Assembly: GCA_019459325.1 (NCBI GenBank)
Contig: JAIBFA010000005.1
Span: forward strand, 2,459-66,458
DNA length: 64,000 bases
Reading direction: 5' to 3'
DNA from: Thiobacillus sp.
Lineage (GTDB): Bacteria > Pseudomonadota > Gammaproteobacteria > Burkholderiales > Thiobacillaceae
The position numbers and the translations under genes were made by a program. This document shows positions 1-9,914 of this stretch, in pieces. The notes beneath the pieces were generated by a model that saw only the letters and a program-made list of their open reading frames with translations, did no database searches and was not told the DNA's origin. Every line of letters begins with the position of its first letter. Within the stretch, counting starts at the first letter, position 1.

Positions 1-26
1 CTTGCGCCTTCGATCTACCGCAAGCC

Positions 27-587
27 GTGAAAAAACCGCAGAGCGTCATCGAGATTTTCCTGCAGCCTGGAGAGCTGTGGTTCGGGGATGAGCAGACGCG
101 CATCCGCACCATCCTGGGCTCCTGCGTGGCGGTCACGCTCTGGCATCCCGGGCGCCGGATCGGCGGCATGTGCCATTACATGTTGCCGAGCCGTAGCGGG
201 CCGCGCGGTGCGAAGCCACTCGATGGCCGCTATGGCGACGAGGCGCTGGAGATGCTGTTGAAGGAAATACGTGCCAAGCAGGGACAGCCGGCCGAGTTCG
301 AGGCCAAGCTGTTCGGCGGCGGCTACATGTTCGACCGTCATGGCTGCCACGGAAAGGATTGCGCAGGACAGATTCAGGACCGCAATATTTCCGCCAGCCT
401 CGAACTGATGTCGCGCCATGGCTTCAAGGTCAAGGCCCAGCATCTCGGCGGGCACGGCCACCGTCAGGTTATTTTCGACATCTGGAGCGGGCATGTGTGG
501 ATGAAGCACACGCCCCTGCTGGCTGCCGAAAGCGTCCAGGCAGGGAAGGGCAGGCGCACCCACTCCTCGATCGAACTTTCAAAATGA
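27..587 (+). CDS. cheD: Chemoreceptor glutamine deamidase CheD
   Basis: [29 protein letters not shown] and LGGHGHR motifs of CheD; GTG start; ATGA overlap with cheB. Confidence 0.92.
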   Translation: MKKPQSVIEIFLQPGELWFGDEQTRIRTILGSCVAVTLWHPGRRIGGMCHYMLPSRSGPRGAKPLDGRYGDEALEMLLKEIRAKQGQPAEFEAKLFGGGYMFDRHGCHGKDCAGQIQDRNISASLELMSRHGFKVKAQHLGGHGHRQVIFDIWSGHVWMKHTPLLAAESVQAGKGRRTHSSIELSK

Positions 588-1645
588 AGCTCATACGCGT
601 CATGCTCGTGGACGATTCCGCCACGGTGCGCCAGGTGCTCACTGGCGTCCTTTCCGCAGCGCCCGACATCCAGGTGATGGGGGCTGCCGCGGATCCCCTC
701 TTCGCGCTCGACAAGATGAATCGGGACTGGCCCGACGTGGTGGTGCTGGATGTGGAGATGCCGCGCATGGACGGCATCACTTTCCTGAAAAAGATCATGG
801 CCGAACGCCCCACGCCGGTGATCATCTGCTCGACCTTGACCGAGAAAGGCACGACCACCGCCATGCAGGCTTTGTCCGCCGGCGCGGTGAACATCGTCAC
901 CAAGCCGCGCATCGGACTGAAACAGTTCCTGACGGAATCGGGCCATGAAATCGTCTCGGCGGTGCGAGCAGCCGCCCAGGCGAAGGTTCGACATCTGGTG
1001 CCGGTGGCCGTCCCACCGCCTCGGTACGGACTGGATGCGATTCCGGCCAGCCCGCTCCTGTCCATGGCCGAAACGACCGACAAGGTGGTGGCCATCGGCG
1101 CTTCCACCGGCGGCACCCAGGCCTTGGAGGTCGTTCTGACCGCACTGCCGCGCGTTTGTCCCGGCATCGTCATCGTCCAGCACATGCCGGAGAAATTCAC
1201 CGCCGCCTTTGCCGCGCGTCTGGACAGCGTATGCGCCATCGAGGTGCGCGAGGCGAAGCACGGCGACCGGGTACGACCTGGCCTGGCACTGATCGCGCCG
1301 GGCGGACGCCATATGCAGCTCAGGCGTAGCGGTGCCCAGTATCACGTGGACGTGATCGACGGCCCGCCGGTAAACCGGCACCGCCCATCTGTGGATGTAC
1401 TGTTCCGATCCACCGCCCGTTGCGCAGGCGGCAACGCGCTGGGGATCATCATGACCGGCATGGGGGACGACGGCGCTCGCGGCATGAAGGAGATGCGGGA
1501 CACAGGCGCGGCCACCCTCGCCCAGGACGAGGCGAGCTGCGTGGTCTACGGCATGCCCAAGGAGGCGGTCAGGCTGGGCGGCGTGGGGCGTAGTCTGCCT
1601 CTCGCCTCCCTCCCCTGGGAAATCGCTAGGTATGGTGGCGAATGA
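584..1645 (+). CDS. cheB: Chemotaxis methylesterase CheB (REC + methylesterase)
   Basis: VDDS and LDVEMP receiver motifs; [28 protein letters not shown]; start reassigned to ATG 584. Confidence 0.95.
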   Translation: MKLIRVMLVDDSATVRQVLTGVLSAAPDIQVMGAAADPLFALDKMNRDWPDVVVLDVEMPRMDGITFLKKIMAERPTPVIICSTLTEKGTTTAMQALSAGAVNIVTKPRIGLKQFLTESGHEIVSAVRAAAQAKVRHLVPVAVPPPRYGLDAIPASPLLSMAETTDKVVAIGASTGGTQALEVVLTALPRVCPGIVIVQHMPEKFTAAFAARLDSVCAIEVREAKHGDRVRPGLALIAPGGRHMQLRRSGAQYHVDVIDGPPVNRHRPSVDVLFRSTARCAGGNALGIIMTGMGDDGARGMKEMRDTGAATLAQDEASCVVYGMPKEAVRLGGVGRSLPLASLPWEIARYGGE

Positions 1646-1775
1646 GAAGAGCGGAGCTGCTCAGGGATGGCTACACAGCCGTGCGGTGCCGGCAGAGGCG
1701 TGCTTCAGGATGCTGGCAGGAGACGCTTCTGCGTAGAAGCGCCCGAAATGCTCAGGATGATGCGCCGCGGCAAGG

Positions 1776-2453
1776 CTAGCCCGCCACCACCGGCAGGATC
1801 CACAATTCGACCCGGCGATTGAGCGCGCGGCCGGCTTCGGTGCTATTGTCGGCGCGCGGCTCGGTCTCGCCTTTGCCATAGGATTCCAGGCGCAGCGGGT
1901 TCACGTTCTGTCCGGCAAAATAATCCAGCACGGACTGCGCGCGCCTTTCCGACAGGGTCTGGTTGTATGCATCCGAGCCGACGCTGTCGGTGTGGCCGAT
2001 TACGCTCACTGTCGTTTTCCCATATTTGTTCAGCACGCTGGCAATCTTGTTCAGCGTGGGCGTGTAGCCCGGCTTCAATACGGTGGAGTTTGTGTCGAAG
2101 CCGGTGCTGGAGGTCATGCTGACCAGCACGGCATTGTCGCTGGCGCGTTTTTCGACGCTGACTTCGCCGCGCTGGATCTCAGGCTGCAATTGCTTCAGCA
2201 AGTCCTTGGCCTGCGTGTCCATGTAGTAGCCCACGCCGGCGCCGGTCAGGCCGCCGCCGACCGCGCCGATCAGCGCGCCCTTGCCGCGGTTCTTGTGATT
2301 GATGACGGCGCCCAGCGCCGCACCGCTCACGGTGCCGATGATGGCGCCCGTCTGGGTTTTGCTCAGACCACGAGAGTCGCCCAGGTCGTTGGTTGTACAG
2401 GCGGAGAGTAGAAGGGTTGCCAGCAGGGGCAATGCAATGAGGGAGGTGCGCAT
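1776..2453 (-). CDS. OmpA-family outer membrane lipoprotein with glycine zipper
   Basis: Lipobox LSAC, Gly-zipper, GHTDS..YNQTLSERRA..NRRVE. Confidence 0.9.
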   Translation of the reverse strand: MRTSLIALPLLATLLLSACTTNDLGDSRGLSKTQTGAIIGTVSGAALGAVINHKNRGKGALIGAVGGGLTGAGVGYYMDTQAKDLLKQLQPEIQRGEVSVEKRASDNAVLVSMTSSTGFDTNSTVLKPGYTPTLNKIASVLNKYGKTTVSVIGHTDSVGSDAYNQTLSERRAQSVLDYFAGQNVNPLRLESYGKGETEPRADNSTEAGRALNRRVELWILPVVAG

Positions 2454-2553
2454 GGTGAGTCCTTTTGCTAGTTGATTTGCAGTCGCTTCGGGTCACGGCA
2501 GGATACGTGGGTTTGTCCGCTTTCAGCCGTTACGCAATTAATTTTAAGTCAGG

Positions 2554-2913
2554 TCAGTCTGCCGGATTGCGCTGAAAGTCCGGATCGGACGGGGCCTCGC
2601 TGTCCGGCGCGGGCGTCGGGGCGAGCGATCTGACCTTCAGGTGCAGTGCGGCCTTGGCGAGCAGGTGCGCGCTCACCGGCGCGGTGATGAAGAGGAACAG
2701 CGTGACCAGCACTTCGTGCACGCTGACGCCTTCGTCGCGCACGCTGAAATACAGGGCGGAGGCGATCAACAGGCAGCCGACGCCCAGCGTGGTCGCCTTG
2801 GTGGGGCCGTGCAGGCGGGTGTAGAAGTCGCGCAGGCGCGCCAGGCCGAGCGAGCCGATGAAGGTGAAAATCGCGCCGGTGAGAATCAGCAGGGAAAGCA
2901 GGATGTCGATCAT
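2554..2913 (-). CDS. phaG: Mrp/Pha Na+(K+)/H+ antiporter subunit G
   Basis: DFYTRLHGPTKATTLG, TAPVSAH; start ATG 2913 or GTG 2928. Confidence 0.9.
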   Translation of the reverse strand: MIDILLSLLILTGAIFTFIGSLGLARLRDFYTRLHGPTKATTLGVGCLLIASALYFSVRDEGVSVHEVLVTLFLFITAPVSAHLLAKAALHLKVRSLAPTPAPDSEAPSDPDFQRNPAD

Positions 2914-2924
2914 GGTGTTTTCGC

Positions 2925-3194
2925 TCACTCGATGATGTCGCCGCGCAGCAGGTATTTGCACAGCGCCACGGTGCCGACGAAACCCATCATGGCGATCAGC
3001 AGCGCGGCCTCGAAATAGATGGCGCTGCCGAGATGGATGCCGAGCAGCACCAGCAGCGCGATGGTGTTCACATACAGCGTGTCGAGCGCGAGGATGCGGT
3101 CGGGGGCGTCGGGGCCGCGCAGCAGGCGCCAGAAGCTCAGTACAAGGGCCAGGCTGACCAATGCGTAGGCGATCGGGATGACGGTGCTCAGCAT
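2925..3194 (-). CDS. phaF: Mrp/Pha antiporter subunit F
   Basis: RGPDAPDRILALD motif, 89 aa hydrophobic protein, operon position. Confidence 0.9.
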   Translation of the reverse strand: MLSTVIPIAYALVSLALVLSFWRLLRGPDAPDRILALDTLYVNTIALLVLLGIHLGSAIYFEAALLIAMMGFVGTVALCKYLLRGDIIE

Positions 3195-3691
3195 GATTCG
3201 TCTGCCTCCTCGAAGATTTTTTTCAGCGGGACCTCATAGCGCTGCTTGATTTCAGCGACCAGCGCCTCGGCGTCGCCCGTATCCAGGGTGTGCACGATCA
3301 GCGTTCGCTTGTCCGCGCTCAGGTGGGCCGACACGGTTCCCGGCGTCAGCGAGATGGTGTTGGCCAGCAGGCTGATGGCGAGATCGGTCTTGAGCGCCAG
3401 TGGCACCTCGACGAAAACCGGGCGCAGGCGGGCCGGCCCCCGCAGGATCAGGCGCGCGACGTGGAAGCTGCCGCGCACGATGTCGAGGATCAGGATGCCG
3501 AGGTAGTGCAGCAGGGTGAGCGGATGGCGGATGCGGATCTGTTCCGGCCAGAAAGGCGAGGTGACGAAGGGGATGAGCCAGCCGAGCAACGCGCCCAACA
3601 CGAGATGGCCGGCGGACAGCTGGTTGACCAGCAGCAGCCACAGAATGACCAGCGTGAGGGTCAGCAGGGGATGCGGCAGCAAACGTCTCAT
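3188..3691 (-). CDS. phaE: Mrp/Pha antiporter subunit E
   Basis: LLANTISLTPGT motif. Confidence 0.9.
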   Translation of the reverse strand: MRRLLPHPLLTLTLVILWLLLVNQLSAGHLVLGALLGWLIPFVTSPFWPEQIRIRHPLTLLHYLGILILDIVRGSFHVARLILRGPARLRPVFVEVPLALKTDLAISLLANTISLTPGTVSAHLSADKRTLIVHTLDTGDAEALVAEIKQRYEVPLKKIFEEADESC

Positions 3692-5202
3692 GGCGCGGTT
3701 CCCAGCACGGCCTCGATGTACTGCTGCGGCGCAAGCAGTTGCGCCGCGGTGGCGCTGGCGTAATCGGACAGCGGCCCGGCCCAGACCACCATGCCAGCGA
3801 CCAGCAGCAGGAGGCCGGCGACGGGCGCCAGCGCGGCCACTGTCGGCGCTGTCTGCGAGGCCGGGTCATGAGCGGAATGGGTGCGATAGAACAGCAGGCT
3901 GCCGCTGCGGGCCAGCACGATCACGCCCACCAGGCCGGTGGCGAGCACGATGCTCCACACCCACGGCAGCAGCGGCGAGTCGAGCGCGGCTTTCAGCAGC
4001 ATGAACTTGCCAAGAAAGCCCGACAGCGGCGGCAGTCCGGCGAGGGCCACGGCAACGACGAAGAACAGTCCGCCCAGCACGCGCGCGCCGGGCATCGCGG
4101 GTCCGGACTCGAAGCGGTCGGCGATTCCGCCGCGCGCGCGGCTGATCGAATCGGCCAGCAGGAACAGCGCAGCGGTGGCGAAGGTGGTGTGCGGCAGGTA
4201 ATACAGGCCGGCCGCGATCGAATCGGTGCTGCCGAGTCCGAAAGCCAGCAGCAAGGTGCCGATCGAGGCCACCATCAGATAGGCCGCCTGTTGCCGCAGT
4301 GTGGTGCTGGCCGCCGCGCCGAGTATGCCGAGCACGAGCGTGGCGAGCGCCAGCGGCGCCAACCAGGCGTCGAGCAGGTTGGACACCGGCCCTGCATCGT
4401 CGCCGAACATCAGCGTGTAGACGCGCAGGATGCTGTAGGCGCCGACCTTGGTCATGACGGCGAACAGGGCCGCCACAGGCGCGCTGGTGTGCGCGTAGGC
4501 CGCGGGCAACCACAGGTAGAGCGGCAGCAGCGCGGCCTTCAGAGCGAACACGCCGAACAGCAGCAGGCCGGCGGATTGCACTAGCGCCAGGTTGTCCGGC
4601 GGCGTGGCCGCGAGCTTCACCGCCAGGTCGGCCATGTTGAGCGTGCCGACCACGCCGTACAGGGTGCCGACGGCGAACAGGAACAGCGTCGAGCCGACCA
4701 GGTTGATGACGACGTAATGCAGCCCCGCCTTCACGCGCAGCCGGCCGCCGCCGTGCAGCAGGAGGCCGTAGGAGGCCAGCAGCAGGATTTCGAAGAAGAC
4801 GAAGAGGTTGAACAGGTCGCCGGTGAGGAAAGCGCCGTTCAGCCCGAACAGCTGCAACTGGAACAGCACATGGAAGTGGCGGCCTTCGGTGTCGCCGCCC
4901 CGGAGCGCGACCAGCAGGGCGAAGGCCGCAAGCAGGGATGTCGTCAGCAGCATCCACGCCGCCAGCCGGTCGACCACCAGCACGATGCCATAGGGCGCCA
5001 CCCAGTTGCCCAGCGCATAGACAAGATGGGTGCCGTCGGCGGTCGTCTGAATCAGGGTTGCGGCCAGCGGAATCAGCGCCAGCACGGCGGCGAGGCTGAT
5101 GCCGCGCTGCAAGGCCGGGCTGCGGTTGCGCAATGCCAGCAGCACGATGCCGGCAATGAGCGGCAGCACCACCGGCAGGATGGGGAGATGGGCGGCGCTC
5201 AT
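3688..5202 (-). CDS. phaD: Mrp/Pha antiporter subunit D
   Basis: TGDLFNLFVFFEILL, WLPAAY, TKVG, GLPPLSGFLGK (NuoM/N-like). Confidence 0.93.
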   Translation of the reverse strand: MSAAHLPILPVVLPLIAGIVLLALRNRSPALQRGISLAAVLALIPLAATLIQTTADGTHLVYALGNWVAPYGIVLVVDRLAAWMLLTTSLLAAFALLVALRGGDTEGRHFHVLFQLQLFGLNGAFLTGDLFNLFVFFEILLLASYGLLLHGGGRLRVKAGLHYVVINLVGSTLFLFAVGTLYGVVGTLNMADLAVKLAATPPDNLALVQSAGLLLFGVFALKAALLPLYLWLPAAYAHTSAPVAALFAVMTKVGAYSILRVYTLMFGDDAGPVSNLLDAWLAPLALATLVLGILGAAASTTLRQQAAYLMVASIGTLLLAFGLGSTDSIAAGLYYLPHTTFATAALFLLADSISRARGGIADRFESGPAMPGARVLGGLFFVVAVALAGLPPLSGFLGKFMLLKAALDSPLLPWVWSIVLATGLVGVIVLARSGSLLFYRTHSAHDPASQTAPTVAALAPVAGLLLLVAGMVVWAGPLSDYASATAAQLLAPQQYIEAVLGTAP

Positions 5203-5543
5203 TCGTGCCGGTCCTCCTCGCGCTCCAGGCCGTCGACATGGTCGTTGCCGAGCTCGGCGCGCGCCTTCAGCGACAGCACGATGACGAAGGCCGTCATGCC
5301 GAAGCTGATGACGATGGCGGTGAGCACCAGCGCCTGCGGCAGCGGGTCGGTGTAGCCAAAGGCCGCGTCGCTGATGACCGGCGGCACGCCGATGGCGAGC
5401 CGGCCCATGACGAACAGGAACAGGTTGACGGCGTAGGACATGAGGGTGAGTCCCAGCACCACCGGAAAGGTCTGGCCGCGCAGCGCGAGAAACACGCCGC
5501 CCGCGGTCAGCACGCCGATGACGAGTGCGATGAGGGCTTCCAT
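5199..5543 (-). CDS. phaC: Mrp/Pha antiporter subunit C
   Basis: MEALIALV start, DPLPQALVLTAIVISF; only the last 114 aa of the 685 aa ORF are real. Confidence 0.9.
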   Translation of the reverse strand: MEALIALVIGVLTAGGVFLALRGQTFPVVLGLTLMSYAVNLFLFVMGRLAIGVPPVISDAAFGYTDPLPQALVLTAIVISFGMTAFVIVLSLKARAELGNDHVDGLEREEDRHE

Positions 5544-8338
5544 CAAGGGCCCCGCTTTCTGGTCGGTGCGCGATGCAGGCCGCCGAGCTGCAGCAGGATC
5601 ATCAGCGTGGCACCGACGACGACGAGGAACACGCCGAGGTCGAACGCCATCGCCGACGCCAGTTCGAACTCGCCGACGACGGGCCAGTTCAGGTGGCCGT
5701 AAGTCGAAGTGAGGTAGGGGTAGCCGAACAGCCAGCTTGCCAGCCCGGTGCAGGCGGCGATCGCCAGTCCCCACGCGATCAGCGGGTGGCTGTCGGACGC
5801 CATGCGCTGGTGGGTCCACTGCGCACCGTTGGCGAGGTACTGCACGATCAGCGCCACCGCCGTGATCAGCCCGGCGATGAAGCCGCCGCCCGGCTGGTTG
5901 TGGCCGCGCAGGAGGATGAACACCGCAACCAGCAGCGCCAGCGGCAGCAGGATGCGGGTCAGCGTCGCCATGATCGCCGGGTGGGCGTCGGCATCCCAGT
6001 TCCGCCCGGCGTCGTCGCGACTCGGCGCGGGCAGTTTCAGGCCCTGCAGCATCGCCACGATGCCGAGCCCGGCCAGCGCCAGCACGGTGATTTCGCCCAG
6101 CGTGTCGTAGCCGCGGAAGTCGACCAGGATCACGTTCACCACATTGCTGCCGCCGCCGCCCGGCACGCTGTTGGCAAGGAAGTAGCCGGCGATGGTGTCG
6201 TAGGGCCGCGTCAGCACCGCCCACGCCAGGCCCGCAGTGCCGGCGCCCGCCAGCAAGGCGATCACGCCGTCGCGCCAGAGGCGCGCCGGTTCGGGCTCGG
6301 GTGCGGCGCGCTGCGGCAGGAAGTAGAGCGCCAGCAGCAGCAAAACAATCGTGACGATCTCGACCGACAGCTGGGTCAGCGCGAGGTCGGGCGCCGAGAA
6401 TTTGACGAAGATGAGCGACACCACCAGGCCGACCACGCCGATGGTGATGAGCGCGGTGAAACGCTGCCGATGCAGCCACACGGTGGCGAGCGTGGCGACG
6501 ATCAGCGCGCTGGCGGCCGTCAGGCTGACGGCGTCGAGCGGCAGGCCTACTCGGTTGCCCGCCAGCGGCGTGTCGCCCGCCAGCCAGGGTGCGATGCCCA
6601 GCACCAGTGCCGCGACCAGAAAGACAAATACCTGGCGTTGCAGCGAGCCGGTGTCGATCAGTTGGGTGATGCCACGCGCCAGCGCGAACAGCCCATTCTG
6701 CAGCGTGTTGTAGACGATGCGCGCATCGAGCAGACCGATGCTGCGGTCGTGCCAGGCGGACAGCGGACGGCGTGCGAGGTAAATCAGCGCGCCGCCGGCC
6801 AGCGCGACGAAGCTCATGAGCAGCGCCGGGTTGGCGCCGTGCCACAGCGCTAGGTGGTACTCGGGCAGCGGCGCCTGCAGCGTGTCGCTTGCTGCCACTG
6901 CCAGCAGCGGGGCGACGGTGAACGCGGGCGCGATGCCGACCACCAGACACAGCACCACCAGGATTTCCACCGGTACCTTCATCCAGCGCGGCGGTTCGTG
7001 CGGCGTACGCGGCAGGTCCACCGGTTCGCCGTTGAAGAACACGTCGTGAATGAAGCGAAGCGAGTAGGCCACCGCCAGCGCGCCGGCCAGCGTCACCAGC
7101 GCCGGCAGCACCCAGCCGCCGGCATGACCGGCGGAAATCTGCATCGCTTCGGCGAAGAACATTTCCTTGGAGAGAAAACCGTTCAGCAGCGGCACCCCGG
7201 CCATCGCCGCCGCGGCCACCATCGCCAGCGTCGCGGTGTAGGGCATGAACTTCCACAGGCCGTGCAGCCGCCGCATGTCGCGGGTACCGGTCTCGTGGTC
7301 GATGATGCCGGCTGCCATGAACAGCGAGGCCTTGAAGGTGGCGTGGTTGATGATGTGGAATACGCCGGCCACCGCGGCCAGCGGCGTCGACATGCCGAAC
7401 AGCAGGGTGATCAGACCGAGGTGGCTGATGGTCGAATAAGCGAGCAGACCCTTGAGGTCATGCTTGAACAGCGCGACGTAGGCGCCGAGCAGCAGCGTGG
7501 CCAGCCCCGCACCGCTGACCAGCCAGAACCATTCCGGCGTGCCGGACAGCGCCGGGTAGAGCCGCGCCAGCAGAAACACGCCAGCCTTCACCATGGTCGC
7601 CGAATGCAGGTAGGCCGACACCGGCGTGGGGGCGGCCATTGCGTGCGGCAGCCAGAAATGGAAGGGGAACTGCGCCGACTTGGTGAACACGCCGAGCAGG
7701 ATCAGTACCAGCGTCGGCACATAGAGCGGGTGCTCGCGGATCAGGTCGCCGGAGGCGAACACGTCGGACAGCTCGTAGCTGCCGACGATGTGTCCCAGCA
7801 ACAGAAATCCGCCCAGCATTGCGAAGCCGCCCAGGCCGGTGACCGCCAGCGCCATGCGCGCGCCCTGGCGCGCTTCCTCGCGATGCTGCCAGTAGCTGAT
7901 CAGCAGGAAGGACGACAGGCTGGTCAGCTCCCAGAAGACCAGCAGCTGGATCAGGTTTTCCGACAGCACGATGCCGAGCATCGAGCCCATGAACAGCATG
8001 AGATAGGAATAGAAGCGCCCCATGCTGTCGCGCTCGGACAGATAGTAGCGGGCGTAGAGAACGATCAAGAGACCGATACCGAGGATCAATCCGGCGAACA
8101 GCAGGGCCAGGCCGTCGAGGCGGAAAGCGAGATTGAGCCCCAGCGCGGGGATCCAGTCGTGCTGCTGGATCAGGGTGACGCCGTCGAACGGCAAGGGGGA
8201 CGAAGGCGCCAGCCACAGCAACGCGGCCAGCGTGACTGCGCCCGCCGCCCAGGCGGAATGCGAACGTCCGAGACGGGACGCCAGCGCAACCAGGGCTGCG
8301 CCCACGAACGGGGTCAGTACAGCAAAAAACAGCGTCAT
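5543..8338 (-). CDS. phaA: Mrp/Pha antiporter fused subunit A/B (group 2)
   Basis: FWELTSLSSFLLI, WLPHAMAAPTPVSAYLHSATMVKAG, DFRGYDTLGE, RGHNQPGGGFI. Confidence 0.95.
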   Translation of the reverse strand: MTLFFAVLTPFVGAALVALASRLGRSHSAWAAGAVTLAALLWLAPSSPLPFDGVTLIQQHDWIPALGLNLAFRLDGLALLFAGLILGIGLLIVLYARYYLSERDSMGRFYSYLMLFMGSMLGIVLSENLIQLLVFWELTSLSSFLLISYWQHREEARQGARMALAVTGLGGFAMLGGFLLLGHIVGSYELSDVFASGDLIREHPLYVPTLVLILLGVFTKSAQFPFHFWLPHAMAAPTPVSAYLHSATMVKAGVFLLARLYPALSGTPEWFWLVSGAGLATLLLGAYVALFKHDLKGLLAYSTISHLGLITLLFGMSTPLAAVAGVFHIINHATFKASLFMAAGIIDHETGTRDMRRLHGLWKFMPYTATLAMVAAAAMAGVPLLNGFLSKEMFFAEAMQISAGHAGGWVLPALVTLAGALAVAYSLRFIHDVFFNGEPVDLPRTPHEPPRWMKVPVEILVVLCLVVGIAPAFTVAPLLAVAASDTLQAPLPEYHLALWHGANPALLMSFVALAGGALIYLARRPLSAWHDRSIGLLDARIVYNTLQNGLFALARGITQLIDTGSLQRQVFVFLVAALVLGIAPWLAGDTPLAGNRVGLPLDAVSLTAASALIVATLATVWLHRQRFTALITIGVVGLVVSLIFVKFSAPDLALTQLSVEIVTIVLLLLALYFLPQRAAPEPEPARLWRDGVIALLAGAGTAGLAWAVLTRPYDTIAGYFLANSVPGGGGSNVVNVILVDFRGYDTLGEITVLALAGLGIVAMLQGLKLPAPSRDDAGRNWDADAHPAIMATLTRILLPLALLVAVFILLRGHNQPGGGFIAGLITAVALIVQYLANGAQWTHQRMASDSHPLIAWGLAIAACTGLASWLFGYPYLTSTYGHLNWPVVGEFELASAMAFDLGVFLVVVGATLMILLQLGGLHRAPTRKRGP

Positions 8339-8387
8339 CAATCGGGAGTCGGGATACGGACCGGCTTGTGGCCGGAAGACGTGGTCA

Positions 8388-8416
8388 TTCTAACTGGACT
8401 TGCTGACGCGCTGAAC
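8388..8416 (-). promoter_or_regulatory. Putative sigma70 promoter of the pha operon
   Basis: Minus strand TTCAGC-17 nt-TAGAAT, about 50 nt upstream of the phaA start. Confidence 0.4.
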
Positions 8417-8580
8417 CCGTGACCGGTTGTGCGCCGGGGATTGGGGCTGCGTGTCTTGCCGGAGAATCGGGCCATTCACCGAATCGGGTCAGCTTTGAGA
8501 CCCGGGTAATCCGGCTTCCCGTCCTCTCGCATCGCCGACAACATACTGAGTCGATTGGGGGGCGCACGTCCAGGCCGAGC

Positions 8581-8606
8581 TTGCACAACAAAATAGTTTT
8601 GTGCAA
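8581..8606. promoter_or_regulatory. Palindromic operator-like site
   Basis: TTGCACAA-N10-TTGTGCAA in an AT-rich patch of the divergent intergenic region. Confidence 0.45.
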
Positions 8607-8939
8607 ATATAAAAAACCTTTCGCCCTCATTCAGATCGAGTTTGGGGTTGCCCGGCGAATACGCGTCCTAGTGCGGCCCGTGTGTCGCTTTTCCCGTTCA
8701 TCCGTCAGTCTGTCCGGGCGTCCACACGGCGTGCGGCTGGCGGTCATCGGTCGTAGCCGGGAAAGGAATATTGAAACGATCCATTCCGAAAATTGCCGTG
8801 ACAGGCAAGTTGGCCGACCGTACCGATAGGGCGCTTCATTTCGGGCTGGACTACACACATTGACACCGGTGGGAGGTCCCCGACCCACCGGTTTGCCGGT
8901 ATTTACTATTGTACAAATTGATTATTGGGAGCAGTCATC

Positions 8940-9914
8940 ATGAATATGTCGAGCCCGGGGGTCGCGATGCGACCGCCTGAAGAGGCGGACTCTGCGGCCG
9001 CCCAAACCGTGATTGCCTTTGGCGAAACCCTGGTCGATCAGTTTCGCGACCGCAATGTGCTGGGCGGCGCGCCCTTCAATGTGGCGTGCCATCTCGGCGC
9101 GCTGGGGGCGCATCCGGTGCTGGTGACGCGGGCCGGCAAGGATGTGCCGGGCGAGCAACTGCTGCAGGCGATGAGCGAGCGCGGACTGGACCTGCGTGGC
9201 GTGCAGCGCGACCCGGTGCGCCCGACCGGCCGGGTCAAGGTGACCGAGACCGCGCGCGGCCATGCCTTCGATATCCTGTCAGACCAGGCCTACGACCACA
9301 TCCACCCCAGTCTGGCACGCATGGTGGGCCTGTCCTCACATCCGCAAATTGTCTACTTCGGTACGCTGTCTCAACGCAGCGATTCGCGCCGCGCGCTGCA
9401 TGCCTTGCTGGGCACGGTTGAAGCCCAGGCGTTTCTGGATGTCAATCTGCGTGACCCTTGGGTGGACGCCGACACGCTGCGCTGGTCGCTGCAACAGGCC
9501 AGCGTGGTCAAGCTGAACGAGGATGAACTGGCCCGCATTGCCGCGCTCTTCACGCTCGACGGTGCCACCCCGCACGCCCGGGCTGCGGTTCTGGTGTCGG
9601 GCTTCAACTTGCGGCGAGTGGTGGTGACCTGCGGAGCGGACGGCGCCTGGACTCTCGACGGCGCGGGCCGCATCGAATCGGTGACAGGCGTGGCACTGCC
9701 GCATGTCGTCGATACCGTGGGCGCGGGCGACGGGTTCGCCGCCGTGTTCATCCTCGGCATGTTGCGCCGCTGGCCGCTCGCCCTGCGACTGGCGCGCGCC
9801 GATGCGTTTGCCCGTGCGCTATGCCAGATCCGCGGCGCGGTGCCGTCGTCGCAGGATTTCTACGTTCCATTCATCCGTGAATGGAAACTCGAAACGGAGA
9901 GAGCAAGTGCGTGA
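8940..9914 (+). CDS. PfkB-family carbohydrate kinase (fructokinase)
   Basis: GGAPFNVA, DVNLR, VKLNEDE, VVDTVGAGDGF; adjacent to sps/sus; start uncertain. Confidence 0.88.
   Translation: MNMSSPGVAMRPPEEADSAAAQTVIAFGETLVDQFRDRNVLGGAPFNVACHLGALGAHPVLVTRAGKDVPGEQLLQAMSERGLDLRGVQRDPVRPTGRVKVTETARGHAFDILSDQAYDHIHPSLARMVGLSSHPQIVYFGTLSQRSDSRRALHALLGTVEAQAFLDVNLRDPWVDADTLRWSLQQASVVKLNEDELARIAALFTLDGATPHARAAVLVSGFNLRRVVVTCGADGAWTLDGAGRIESVTGVALPHVVDTVGAGDGFAAVFILGMLRRWPLALRLARADAFARALCQIRGAVPSSQDFYVPFIREWKLETERASA

Noticed and set aside
5199-7256. 685-aa ORF and the many other long overlapping or antisense ORFs in the track
   Set aside because: Shadow frames typical of high-GC DNA overlapping recognisable genes; only the last 114 aa (PhaC) of this one are real
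8342-8580. Na+/Li+ riboswitch upstream of the Mrp operon
   Set aside because: No consensus I could recognise, and the candidate promoter leaves only a ~45-nt leader; an Rfam scan would settle it
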